A stretch of 64,000 nucleotides of DNA from Chiloscyllium plagiosum (lineage: Eukaryota): positions 98,022,876-98,086,875 of the forward strand of contig NC_057718.1 in the NCBI RefSeq assembly GCF_004010195.1. The letters are read 5' to 3'. How positions within the stretch are numbered: the stretch's first letter is position 1; each line of letters begins with the position of its first letter. A program made the position numbers and the translations under genes. The notes under the pieces are model-generated. The model did no database searches. It was not told the DNA's origin and saw nothing but the letters and a program-made list of their open reading frames with translations. Shown piece after piece: positions 23,471 through 35,985 of the stretch.

Positions 23471-24173
23471 TATTATGAAGATGTGGGTGTACTGTACCTT
23501 TAAGAGAGTTAGAAGCTATCAGAACTAGCTGACAAAACCAAGTGTTCTCAATAAGGTAACAATGTAAGACTTGGTCAAAAGCTAGATCAGCTGGTTGTCT
23601 AGAAACGACAAAACAGATTGGAATTAGTCCAATCAGTTTATACCCCGAAAAATGACAAATTCAAATCATGTTTGAGTCTAGTATATTGGCAATCTTAAGA
23701 GCCAATGACACAACCCGATGCTTTGGGGGTATAAGACCGGGGAAAATTGAACAGTTGGGAAGAGAACTGCCAGGCCACCAGCATGTAGAGACTGCCTGAA
23801 AAATAGCTCGCTTAAAGGTACCTTAATCGATCCATGACCTGTGAGGCATAATCCCTAAGAAGAAGATGACACAGGAAGATCTAAACAGAAAATCCAACAA
23901 CTGGCTGGTTTTGAAAACTTAAATTTTTGGTAAATCTTAATCAGAGGGCTTTATCGGACTAATATTATAAATGGAAAGGTTAAAAGATAGGTTAGAGGAG
24001 GGAATTGAAAATAGTTGTTAGTTAATTATTCTCTGTTATACTTTAAGAAATAAAGTTAATTTTTACTTTAAATAGTTCATGACCTCTTGAATTTTACAGA
24101 TTACTGCACAGGATTAATCTTTTCTGTGTTGCTGATTTAAATTAAGCAGGAGAATTTACTCCATTTCATAACA
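23471..24173 (+). mobile_element. Solo LTR inserted into the tail of an HE1 SINE (SINE body 24174-24493, -)
   Basis: Termini t(a)ttatgaa...ttcataaca; TATAAGA at about 23730; AATAAA at about 24049; SINE sequence tagaatcc|ctacagtgtgg is split. Confidence 0.7.
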
Positions 24174-24644
24174 CTACAGTGTGGAAGCAGGCCATTTGGT
24201 CCATCAGACCTACACCAACCCTCCCAAGTGCAGTTCACCCCGACCCATCCCAATAACACTGCCTTTCCCATAGCCACCCCATCTACCCTACTCATCCCTG
24301 AACTCTATGGGGAAATTAGCGTGGCCAATCCACCAAACCTGCACACCTTTGGACTGTGGGAGGAAGCTAGAGCACCTGGAGGAAACCCATGCAGACACGG
24401 AGAGAATGTGCAAACTCCACACAGTCAGCCGAGGCTGGAATCTAACCCAGGTCCCTAGCGCTGTGAGGCAGCAGTGCTAACCACTGTGCTACCCATTTAC
24501 GAGCAGTTAAACATCCTGGGGCAAAAGGGAGTGGAGGTGGGGCAAGCAAAGAAACCAAAGATGTGCCTAGAGTGGGTGCTGTTGGCTGAGAAAGAGAGAA
24601 AGAAACTGAAACAATGAAAAAAGTGAGGAATAAAATGGGGACAA

Positions 24645-25060
24645 AGTTTGACAGTCTGAAATTATTGAACTCACTGTGCAGTTCAGAAGGCTCTGAAGTG
24701 TCAAAGTGAAAGATGAGATGCTGTTCCTGATGCTCACACGAAGCCTCACTGGAACAGTGCAGTCAGCTGAGGACAGAAATGTCAATGTGAGAACAAGGCA
24801 GAGAATTAAACGGGCACGGCACTGGAAACCTGGTGTTCGGCTTGTGGACAGAGTGAAGCTGTTCTGCACAGTGGTAACCCAATCTGTGTGTGGTGGCTCC
24901 AATGTAGAGGAAGCCCCGTCCATCAGCTGTGAAGGCAGTGTTATCGGTTGTAAGGTGTACAAATAAATTGATGCATCACCTGCAAGGAGTGTGTGGGACA
25001 AGAGAAGAAATGCAAGGACAGTTTGCGTCTGCATGCAGGAAAGGGGTAGTGTTTTTTAGC
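24645..25060 (-). pseudogene. Decayed PLE GIY-YIG domain
   Basis: My minus-strand translation: FLYIGATTHRLGYHCAEQLHSVHK..PVPCPFNSLPCSHIDISVLS*LHCSSE..EQHLIFHFDTSEPSELHSEFNNFR. Confidence 0.8.
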
Positions 25061-25375
25061 GGGACTGCGGAGTGAACTGGGGTCCCAGAGGGAAAATCCA
25101 GTCAAACTTTATGAATGACGCAAACTGGTCCGGCTCATCTTGGATGCCTCAGGATGGCACTCCAGTACGGCCACCGCATTCATTTCCAAACGTATTCCGA
25201 ATAAAATTTTTAGTCTTGTATTTTTCCTGGTTTCACTGAGGGAACATGGAATGCCGAAAGGAGATGAGAATCTGTCTCATGGTCCTGCTTTCAGTAGTGC
25301 TGACTGCCTTGCTCGAATCCTTGGCTCCGGTTGGCAATGGTTCCGACACATCGGCTACCTTTGAGATTCTAGGTA

Positions 25376-25533
25376 TAGAGGAACCTTGATTATCCGGCAT
25401 TCGATTATCCGAATCTTGGATGATCCGGACAAGATCGAAAGGCCCCAGTGCTTGGCTAAACTGTGTTATCCAGCATTCGATTATCCGAACAAACACTCCC
25501 CTGTCTGAGGTGTTCGCATCATCGAGGCTCCTG
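25376..25533. mobile_element. Tc1/mariner (Tigger-like) MITE
   Basis: Flanking TA; degenerate TIRs (t)agaggaaccttgattatccg / cgcatcatcgaggctcctg; internal cgattatccgaa repeats. Confidence 0.7.
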
Positions 25534-25875
25534 TATCGTAGAGTTTACAGGTTCAGTTACTGGTAAGTTGCTGCAGTGCATCCAGTAGATGGTACACACA
25601 ACTGCTACTATGCTTTGGTATGAAGGAGGTGAACGGTGATAGGCTTACATGGAGTGCAGCTTTAACTGTGCTGCTTTAACCAGGATGGTGTCAAGTTTCT
25701 TGACTGTTATTTGAGCTATACCCATTGGCTAAGGACTCCCAAGAGTAAACCTGATTATGGCACCTGTTTGTTAAATCAATACCTGTTCACGGCATATTTC
25801 ATTTTGCATTTATATGTTTGCAGCATTCTTAATAAATGTAGACTCCCTGCCATTGTTTGATGTAATGTAACAGCA

Positions 25876-26007
25876 GCTGAAAATGTGTTGCTGGAAAAGC
25901 GCAGCAGGTCAAGCAGCATCCAAGGAACAGGAGAATCGACGTTTCGGGCATAAGCCCGAACACATTTTCAGCTCTGATCTCCAGCATCTGCAGCCCTCAC
26001 TTTCTCC
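25876..26007. mobile_element. Family A PLE fold-back insertion
   Basis: 14-bp TSD gtaatgta(a/g)cagca at 25862-25875 and 26008-26021. Confidence 0.85.
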
Positions 26008-26254
26008 GTAATGTAGCAGCAAACAGAAAACAAAGGGTGGACACATAACATGATACCTTATTGATGCAAAATGAAGAGTCACACTCGGGGTGAATGCCTT
26101 GACAGGGTAATGTTTGCGATGAATTTTCACCTCAAAACATTGAGAAATGAAAAAGTACACATTTCAGTAACTTCTGAAGTTTCTTGACTCTGTACTTAAG
26201 CCAGGAGCCTGTGGCTTGATTCGATAAGATGATTGCTGACGAGGTGAGGGTGGA

Positions 26255-26590
26255 GATGGTGATGTGGTGGCAATATCACTGGACTGTTAGGCCAGAGGTG
26301 CAGATTAGTGTGCTGCGGATGCTGTTTCAGATCCCACAGTGGGATTTAAGCTTGTGGAAGATAAATTCAGTTCGAAATAGGAAGTTGTCTCCGTCGTTGT
26401 CATCATGCTTGCTATCTGGTTCACAAACATCTTGCCACCCTTACCCAGTCTGGCTGACATGTGATTCGAGATCCACAGCAATCTCATTGACTCTTAAATG
26501 GGTGAATACACCTTTCATTTCAACTAGAGATGGGCAATGCGTCCTGGTCTTATCAGCAATGCCCACATCCCACAAAAGAATAATTTTAAA
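26255..26590 (+). mobile_element. Second SINE family
   Basis: Homologous to 6815-7148. Confidence 0.6.
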
Positions 26591-27794
26591 AGAAGTAATT
26601 TAATATAGGGGCCCATCCTTGAATGCATTATACAATCCCAATTATTGATAACTAGTGTATTGTTTGTGAACAAGTCTGCCTGCTGAGCACAGTAACACAG
26701 ACATATTTTATTACTTTATGGGGAGTGTTGAGCTAACACTTATTGCTTTTCCCTAATTCCCCTTGAGAAGGTGGTTGTGAGCTGCCTTCCTGAATCGCTG
26801 TTGTGAACTCCTGGCAGTGGTGTTAGAGGATTCCAGGATTCTGACTGACACTGAAGGAATGCGATACATTTAAGGATTGTGCGTGGCTACATCCTCTCTA
26901 CTTTCTCCAGCCGTTGCACAGATCTCCAGGGCCCATGTGCGGCAACAACCAGAGAATGGGGCGTGAGTGTGTTAGCACGGAGTTGGCACTCTGCTTGGTG
27001 TGCATAGAGCACAGAACATTGGTGAGGGTCCTGTCGGGCAACTTGTAAGTGGTGGTGCTCCAGTGTACCAGCTGCCCTTGTCCTTCTGGGTACTGGTGGT
27101 CAGTGGTTTGGAAGGCACTGTCAAAACAGTGACACTACGACATCCGGAGAACTGGAGCGTAAGGAAATAATAGGATTTATTAATGAGCTGTATTTGAGGT
27201 GCTGCAAACCAGGAAACCGTAGCATTCTGCAAGTTTTACTGACATTTCAGCGAATTCTGTTCTGGTGGCCTGGAAGTACCTGCCTTTGATGGAGGATTGT
27301 CATCTTTGTTGGGTCTGTTGGCAAGATACCTTACACCACTGTGCAGTCATTAGAACTATGGTACTAAATCTCGGGAACTCGATCGCTGTTTCTGGCCGAA
27401 ATAAACACAGCAGTTAATGCACTGTAACTGGCCATATGCAAATGGATGGTAATATAGTTGGCTAATCATTATCATTTCTTTGCCAAGATGGGAGTTTTAA
27501 GCCGGGGCATCTTTTAAAATTGGTGGAGACAGTAATTGTAACTCATTGAAGTTACAAACACAGCTGGGCCATATGCATCATTGACCCCTAAGCCAGACCC
27601 ACATATTCATGGAAAGAATTCCATTTGTTACATATTTTTCAGTGATATTAGTAAGACAGACAATAATGCCAGTGTCAGAGTTTTACATCATAATCTTTTT
27701 GCTTATTAAAAGCTGCTTGAGACAGTTATAGTCTGTAATTGCATCAGAGGCTGTCACTTTTCTTGCACCTCTAATGGCTAATCCTAACCCAGTG

Positions 27795-28058
27795 AGTGTG
27801 TGTATATATCTCTGTATGTTTGTGTCCGTGTGTGTGTGCGCACACGTGTGTATGACTCTGTGTGTCTGTGTCTGTGCATGCATGTGTCTCTGCGAATGTG
27901 TGTGCCTCTGTGTGCATGAGTGTGTGAATGTATCTGTACGTATGTATGTGGCTGTGTGCATGTGTTTATGTGCATGTGTGTGTGTGCCCTCATGTGTGAA
28001 TGTGTGTCTGTGTATTTGTCTGCATGCATGTATGTGTGTGTGTGTATAAACGCACGTG
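27795..28058. repeat. Degenerate (TG)n microsatellite
   Basis: Direct inspection. Confidence 0.92.
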
Positions 28059-28404
28059 CTAAAGAATGCAACAATGTGGCAGTACCTTGAGTTTTGAGTT
28101 AGCACTAATGTGCTAACATTTGTCATGCTAAGAGAAAGTATGGATGCTGAGGGTATGCAGCCATCCACTAACAGAGCAAGTGAGCAGCCCTGAGGTGCAC
28201 CCTGGTCCAATCCGTGAGCCCATCATCCCACCTGTTAGTTAGCAGAAACAGAAGCAGAAGTTCCTGGAAAAACTCAGCAGGTCTGGCAGCATCGGTGGAG
28301 AGCAATCAGAGTTAACCTTTCGGGATGTAGTGACGGATTAGTTAGCAGTGTTGGTTCTATGCTGTCACAGACTCTGAAACTGTGTAGAATGGTGTTTTGA
28401 TTGT

Positions 28405-28990
28405 GCAGTGATGTAGTGGTAATCTCATTGGGCAAGTAATCCAGATCCAAAGTCAAGTAATGTGGTGCTGGCAAAACACAGCCGGTCAGGCAGCATCTGA
28501 GGAACAGGAGAGTCGACATTTCGGGCATAAGTCACAATCCTGATGAAGATCTTATGCCTGAAACCTCAACTCTCCTGCTCCTTGGATGCTGCCTGACTGG
28601 CTGTGTTTGGCCAGCACCACACTTTTTGATACTGGTCTCCAGAAGCTGCAGTCCTCACTTTCTCCTAAGTAATCAAGGACCCCAAACTAAAGTTTTGGGC
28701 ATGTCGGTTCAGATGCCAAGGTGGGCCGATTGTGAAATTTGAATTAAAAGAAAAGCTGGCCTAATGGGGACCCGGTAATTGCTGTTCTTAAAAACCCATC
28801 TGCCTCACCAATGTCCCTTAAAAAAGGGAAATCTGCCATTCTTGTTTGGTCTCCTCTACATCAGATTCCAGGCCGACAGCAGTGTAGTTGACTCTTAACT
28901 CTCCTCTGAAGCAAGCTACCCAGGTTAAGGACATTTAGGAATCAGCAATAAATACTGGTCCAGACAGCACAATCCACATCCCATGAAATA
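28405..28990 (+). mobile_element. Second SINE family with nested family A PLE fold-back (about 28450-28666)
   Basis: aagtaatc repeated on both sides of the insert. Confidence 0.75.
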
Positions 28991-29234
28991 ATAAAGTATA
29001 GTTGGAGCATGTAATGTAAATATGAAAAATGCTCTTCCTACTCTTCCTCACTTTTGGTGTTACGTGCACTGTGCTTGTAAACTTTTGTATTTTCATCAGA
29101 AACACTGATGATATGGTGGGGGAAATAAGAAGTTAATAAAAATAATAAATGTGAGAAATGGTGGGAGTGGAAATGAGTAGCAGGGGAATTGCTCTGTGTG
29201 CAGTGGATCGCTGTCAGATACCACGTAAGTTCAT

Positions 29235-29490
29235 TGGATAGAGGAGCAGAATTAGGCCATTCGGCCCAATCGAGTCTACTTCGCCGTTCGATCATGGCTG
29301 ATATGCTCCTCGCCTCCATTTTCGTACCTTCCCCCCTTAGCCCTTCAACCAATTACCAATTAAAAATCTGTCTAACTCCTCTTTAAATTTACTCACTGTC
29401 CCAGCACCCACCGTACTTTGGGGTAGGGAATGCCACAGATTCACAACCCTTTGGGAGAAGTAGTTTCCCCTCAACTCTGATTTAAGTTTG
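29235..29490 (-). mobile_element. CR1 3' end
   Basis: ataggagcagaattaggccattcggccc...cacagattcacaaccctttggga. Confidence 0.8.
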
Positions 29491-31789
29491 CAATAGTAAT
29501 TTTAATTTGCCACCTTCCTGAATAGAACATGTGGGCTGTGTCTCTCGATCGAAGGTGCTGATGGGAGATAAGACTGCTGCACGTTTCCATTGCTACACTC
29601 CTGTGAATTCTCACGCACCAAGCATGCATTTGGTAGCAGCATAGTCTTTTCTCTTAGCTTTACCCTTGTTAATCCAAAAATATTTGGTCTGTTTGATATT
29701 AAACAACTAAGAACTGCAGCTATTTCCTTTCTGTCTGGGTTGGATCTTGTGTCACCGGGCTGCTGTATGACATTTGTAAGCTGATAAATATGTTTGTGAT
29801 GGGTTGATCTATGGTCCTTTCTGACCTTGAGTGAGTTTTGAGGAGAAAGGGGTTTGAAATCTGTCTTCATCGTTAAGGACTGTGTGCAAGACGCGCTTGT
29901 GCTTCATTACAACTGCAAATACATGTTTGGATATTTTTAGCAGCTTTGAGATTAAAAGGGGATATAATATTCAGAAAGAAATGTGTTCAAAACCAGATTT
30001 GAACGCACTTCAATTTATTTAGTATTTGGCAGGGAGTCAGCAGGTAGCACCTGCACAGCATAAAAACCAGTGCCAGAGTAGGGTATACACACACACAATA
30101 GAACATCTTGAACATACTGAACACTGCCAGTCTATCGCAGAATCTACGTGGGAGAGAAATTGCAGGACAAATTGTGCTCCAATTTATTTTTTGATTGAAT
30201 GCAAATCAATAATTGTGGTACAGATAAAGGTATTGATGTTGTGTTTATGTACTTTACCTGTCTGATTTAACTGGTTTGCCGGTATTTCATGTGAGCTGTG
30301 ACGATTGGAAGTAAGGTTGCCTGGGAATAAGGATGTTTCATTTGGAAGGTTTATTCTATAAATTGGAGTTGTAGCACAGAAGGCGGTTATTTCAGTCTTC
30401 AGCGAGAGAAGAGACTTTGTCCCACTCCTAGCACCTTTTCCCCTTCACCCCGCAAATTCTTCCCTCTTCATGTGCTCATTCCGTTACCGCTGTCATGTCA
30501 CCCCTTCCACCACACAGTCAGGCAGTGCTTTCCAGGGTTGTGCCCACCTCCTGCATGAAAATAAATTTTCCCTAAAGCAGCTGTTGCTCCTTTTGCAAAT
30601 CATTCAAATTCTGTTCTTTCTCGCTCCCAGACCTTCTACCAATCTCTTCCTTGCCATCTATCCTGTCAAGATCTCTCAGAGCTTAGAACACCTTTGTTAA
30701 TCTTCAAGGTAAGTAGCCCATATTTCCCTGAACTGCCCGTGGAACAGAAACCCCTCATTGTCGCAAATCTTTTTGATTTGTCTTTCTGTGTTTGTAATCT
30801 GGTGATCGATTCAAAATTTTAACAAAATACTGAAAATTGGCATTACGATTTTCTGGCTTTGCTGTCTAACATGTTGAAATGTGCATTATTATTTGCAACT
30901 AAGAGGATACTTTTGGTTATTAATGGTCTTATATTTGTTAGTAACAATTAAGCCAAAGGATCACTGTGTTCTAAGGTATCTGTTAGTCACTGGGTTCCTC
31001 AATCCAATACTTAGCAGCAGTGCCTAGAATAGCAAAAAGATTCTAATCTTAGATATGAAGATAAAAAGCTCTATATCCAGGAACTGAATCTTGTACTAAT
31101 TTAGGCATTGCTACCGAGAACTGCGTAATGTAAACAGTTGCTATTAGATGCTTTTTAGATTCAGCATAGAGGCTGCCTTTTCCAAAGGAAAGCTCTGTCA
31201 AACGGTTGTGGATTTCTGATTGTTGCGCTCAAATCTGGGCCTGGCTCTACATTTTGAGGCTATAAATCTGAGGTTTGTCCACTGTATGAAGCAAGTTGTC
31301 GTGGTCCAGGAAGGGCGAGGAAAACAGATTCTGAGAATCACCTCCGAGTTCATGCATCTGGAAAGTAGTGAGCATGTGAAATACTGTGCCCCAGAAAGCA
31401 GGAACAGCATACTGAGTTAAGTGATCATCCATGATCGTATTGAATGGTGGAGCAGACCCGCAGGGCTGAATGGCTTACTTCTGTTCTTAATAACTATGTT
31501 TCTACGAATTCCCCAACTCAAAGGGCAAAACTGTGCTCTACCTTCATAAAAATATTATTTACATGCAGCACTTCCATATAATAAACATTTGGTAGTGTTA
31601 TTATTTAGATGTGGAATCTGCGATGATAAGGGATCATTAAACCAAAAACATTTGAGATGTTTTAAAATATAGCAGTGTGGAGGGTGGGTGAGGTCTTGTC
31701 GAGCACTGAATCGCTTCACTATCTCTGAGCCAGACATCGGGGGGGGGGGGGGGGGGTCAAGTCCCACCCAGGACTCAGTAGCTGCAGAA

Positions 31790-32805
31790 GCAGGGCTAGA
31801 CAGGGTAAACACAGGAAGGATATGCCCAATAACTAGGGAGTCCAGAACCTTGGGCTCACAATCTGAACGTATGGAGGAGAAATGTCTTCACCCAGAGAGC
31901 AGTGAGCCTGTGGAATTCTTTGCCACAAAGAGCAGTTGATGCAAAACATTGAATATTTTCATGAAAAGGAGTTAATATAAGTCATAGGACTAGAGGGATC
32001 AAAGGCCACAGGGAGAAAGTGAGAACTGAGTTGAATTCAGCCATAATCCTATTGAATGGTGGAACAGGCTCGAAGGGCCAAATGGCCTATTCCTGTTTTC
32101 GATGTTTCTAAGTCAGAGCATTGAGTATAGGAGTTGGGAGGTCATGTTGAATCTATACAGGACATTGGTTAGGCTATTTTTGGAATATTGCATGCAATTC
32201 TGGTCACCGTCCTATAAGAAGGATGTTGTGAAACTTAAAAGGGTTCAGGAAAGAATTTCAAGGATGTTGCCAGGGTTGGAGGATTTGAGCTACAGGGAGA
32301 GGCTGAATAGGCTGGGGCTGTTTTCCCTGGAGCATCAGAGGCTGAGGGGTGACCTTATAGAGGTTTCTAAAATTATGAGGGGCATGGATAGGGTAAATAA
32401 ACAAGGCCTTTTATCTGGGCTTGGGGAGTCCAGAACTACAGGGATTCTTTAGCTTAACCTGTCCAGTTTCTTACATTATTAGTGGTAGCAGAAACATTGC
32501 CAAAACTGGGAAAAGGTTGCCAAAAGGTTGGTTTAGAATGAGAGAGGAAAGATTTAAAAGGGACCTAATGGTCAACGTTTTCACACAGACGGTGGTACGA
32601 ATGAGCTGCCAGATGAAATGGTGGAGTCTGGTACAATGACAGCATTTAAAAGGCATCTAGATGGGTATGTTAATAGGACGTATTTAGAGGGATATGGGCC
32701 AAGTGCTGGTAAATGTGACTAGATTAATTTAGAATATCTGGTCGGCATGGATGAGTTAGACCAAAAGGTCTGTTTCTGTGCTGCAAATCTGTATGTTTCT
32801 ATGAC
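31790..32805 (+). mobile_element. Two adjacent CR1/HER1 fragments (31790-32100 and 32105-32805)
   Basis: SIEYRSWEVMLNLYRTLVR..LEYCMQFWSP...RLRGDLIEV; insert at 32442-32528. Confidence 0.9.
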
Positions 32806-33079
32806 TATCTGCCAGTGGTAACTTTCAAAAAGGGAATTGGATGAGTATTTAAAGTGGAAAAAATTTTGTTGGGCTATGGGATAAGAGCAGGTGGGTTGGA
32901 CTATCTGGGTTGCTTCACCAAACAGTAAACACAGCGTTGAGGCACAAATTCCTCTTTATGTGTTGCATGAGGTAAAGGTCTCTCAGAAAGGTTGGTTAGC
33001 TCAGTTGGCTGGGCTGTTGGTTTACAGCACAGAGTGATGTGGGTTCTATTCCTGCATTGGCGAAGTTGCCAGGAAGAAC

Positions 33080-33595
33080 AGTCCTGGCTATTGAGGGAGT
33101 GCAGCGTAGGTTCACAAGGCCAATTCCTGGAATGGCGGGACTATCTTATGTTGAAAGATTAGAGCGACTGGGCTTGTATACCCTTGAGTTTAGAAGACTG
33201 AGAGGGGATCTGATTGAGATGTATAAGATTATTAAAGGATTGGACACTCTGGAGGCAGGAAACATGTTTCCGCTGATGGGTGAGTCCCGAACCAGAGGAC
33301 ACAGATAAAAATAAGGGGTAGGCCATTTAGGACAGAGGTGAGGAGAAACTTCTTCACCCAGAGAGTGGTGGGTGTGTGGAATGCTCTGCCCCAGAGGGCA
33401 GTGGAGGCCCAGTCTCTGGATTCGTTTAAGAAAGAGTTAGATAGAGCTCTCAAGGATAGTGGAATCAAGGGTTATGGAGATAAGGCAGGAACAGGATACT
33501 GATTGAGGATGATCAGCCATGATCATAATGAATGGTGGTGCAGGCTCGAAGGGCAGAATGGCCTACTCCTGCACCTACTGTCTATTGTCTATTGT
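33080..33595 (+). mobile_element. Young CR1 3' fragment nested in a third-family SINE (32985-33700)
   Basis: VLAIEGVQRRFTR.IPGMAGLSY.ERLERLGLYTLEFRRLRGDLIE; (tctattg)n tail. Confidence 0.92.
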
Positions 33596-34494
33596 CCTTC
33601 CCCTCCCGAGGCCTGGTGATCCTCAGATTAAATCACCACCAGTCACCTCTCTCCGGTGAGAGAGCAGCCTTTTGGTCTGGAAAGACTATGGTGACTTTAC
33701 CGTTTCTGTATGAAGAGGAGGCAAGAGAGGGCTAGTAATCCAGAGCTCCTTGTTCTGTTTTTTTTTTAACATGATGATCACATGTCCAGCCCACATTGTT
33801 ATTTTTTGTGGCTGTGTTTTTGACCAATGGTACCACAAGGCCGATGAGCGCCATCAGAGTAATTCTTTCAAACTCATAACCATAGCAAACAATAAAGGTA
33901 TGTTTGTAGAGTCAGATACATTAGGAACAGATAAGTGACTCTTGGACAGGCACATGGATGATAGTAAAATGAAGGGTATGTCAGTTGGTTTGATCTTAGA
34001 GTAGAATGAAAAGTCAGCACAGCATCGAGGTCTGAAAGGCCTGTACTATGTTGCGCTGTTCCAGGTCCAAAGGAAATAAAGAGTCATTTGGAAGAATGTT
34101 CTGGAACAGTAAGAGTTGGTTTAGCTTTTTATCCTATTGTCACAACCTCACTCTCTGTAATTCCCTCTGGTGTTTCACACAGGCAATAGCTATCCCGTCT
34201 CTGTTAGTTTTTGGAAGCAGTGGTTTTTAAAAATTGTCTTTTCCAGTCACTACTGTTGGGGTTTTGCACAAGATGTTTTCCCAGTTTTGGCAATGTTTCT
34301 GTTACCACTCATAACGTAAGAAACTGGACGGTTTAAGCTAAAGAATCCAGCAGACCTTTGTTGCATCTAGCTGTTGCATGCAAACATTACACTCTCATGT
34401 GTGACTTGTCTAACATCAAGCTATTAAGTTACATTGACCAGCATGCATCAAGTAGCACGTCATGCTTCAGGTGATCTCAGGTAAGATGGCATAT

Positions 34495-35145
34495 AGTCAT
34501 AGAGTCGTACAGCACAGAAACAGACCATTCGGTCCAACCAGTCCATGCCAACCATAATCCTAAACTAACTAGCCCCACCTATCTGCTCCTCCAAACCTTT
34601 CCTATTGACGTCTTTATGTAAGTGTTTTTTAAATATTGCAACTGTGTCCACAACTGTGTCCACTTCGTTGGGAAGTTCATTCCACACACAAATCACCCTC
34701 TGTGTAAAAACTTTGCCTCTCATGTCTTTTTCAGTGGCTCTCCTCTCATCTTAAAAATGTGTGCCCTAGTCTGGAAGTTCCCCATCCTAGAGAAAAGACA
34801 CCAACCATTAATCCTGTATGTACACCTCATGACTTTACAAACCTCTATTAAGTCACCTTTCAACCTCCAATGCTGCAGTGAAAAAGGTTCTGGCCTATCC
34901 GTCCTTAATCTATAGCTCAAACCTTCCATACCTGGCAACATCCTGGTAAATCTCTTCTGAACCTTCAGTGGCTCTATAATATCCTTCCTAGAACTAGGTG
35001 ACCAGAACTGGACACGGTATTCCAGAAGAAGTCTCACCAATGTCCTGTATAACCTCAATGCAACTTCCCAACCCCTATACTCAAAGGACTGAGTAATAAA
35101 GGCAAGCTTGCTGAACGCCTTTTTAACCACCCCATCTATATGTGA
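34495..35145 (-). mobile_element. HER1/CR1 3' fragment
   Basis: VVKKAFSKLAFITQSFEYRGWEV..LYRTLVR..LEYRVQFWSP. Confidence 0.92.
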
Positions 35146-35629
35146 CATGCCCTTAGGTCACATACTGTGATACAGTGATAATATCATGACCCTGTCTCTT
35201 AAAGATATACTGCCATACTAATGAAAGTATATAACCCAGTGACTACTTTTTTTCCCTTGTCACATTATGAGTGTGTGTTTCTGACTGTAATGTGACGTCA
35301 TGTCATGTGCATAGATAGATCACAGCGACCATAATTAATGGCTGCTCCTGCATTGGGACTCTGTTTTTTCGCAGTAGTGTAAGGCTCAGAAGTATCACAT
35401 TCAGATGGAGCAATTACTTGTGACCTGATGCTGTTATAAAATATGCTTGGATGCGGCAAACTCCCACAGTGCAAGTTGTGACTGAGTGACACACATGAAA
35501 GCAGTGCCGATGAAACTCTGCATCTGTGGAGCGAAATTGTTTCAAGTTCAGTGACTCTTCTTCAGAACTGATTATTGAACCGCTTTTTTATTTCTATATT
35601 GTTCATTGTAAAACTTCTTCCAGTTCCAA

Positions 35630-35985
35630 GGCGAGGGTGACACAGTGGCTAAGGGGTTAGCACTGCTGCCTGACAGGAGCCTGGGTTCGATTCCATCCTT
35701 GGGCAACTGTCTGTGTGGAGCTTGCACATTCTGCCCATGTCTGTGTGGGTTTCTGCCAGGTGCTCCGGTTTCTTCCCACAGTCCAAAAATGTGCAAGGCA
35801 TGTGGATTGGCCATGGGAAATTTGCCCAAAGTGTTCAGGGATGTGCACGTTAGGTGGGTTAGCCGTGGAAAATGCGGGGTTATAGATTGAGGGGACGGGT
35901 CTGGGTGGGATGCTCTTCAGAGAGTCAGTGTGGACTCGATGGGCTAAACGGCCTCCTTCCATGCTGTAGGGAGTCTGTGACTCTA
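35630..35985 (+). mobile_element. HE1 SINE inside a split family C PLE fold-back (about 35505-36090)
   Basis: HE1 body; flanks gcatctgtgg...cttcttcagaac and cacagatgctgcc. Confidence 0.8.

Noticed and set aside
32442..34348. 1.9-kb DNA transposon bounded by 73-bp TIRs
   Set aside because: The interrupted CR1 resumes directly after the left copy; no TSD or transposase
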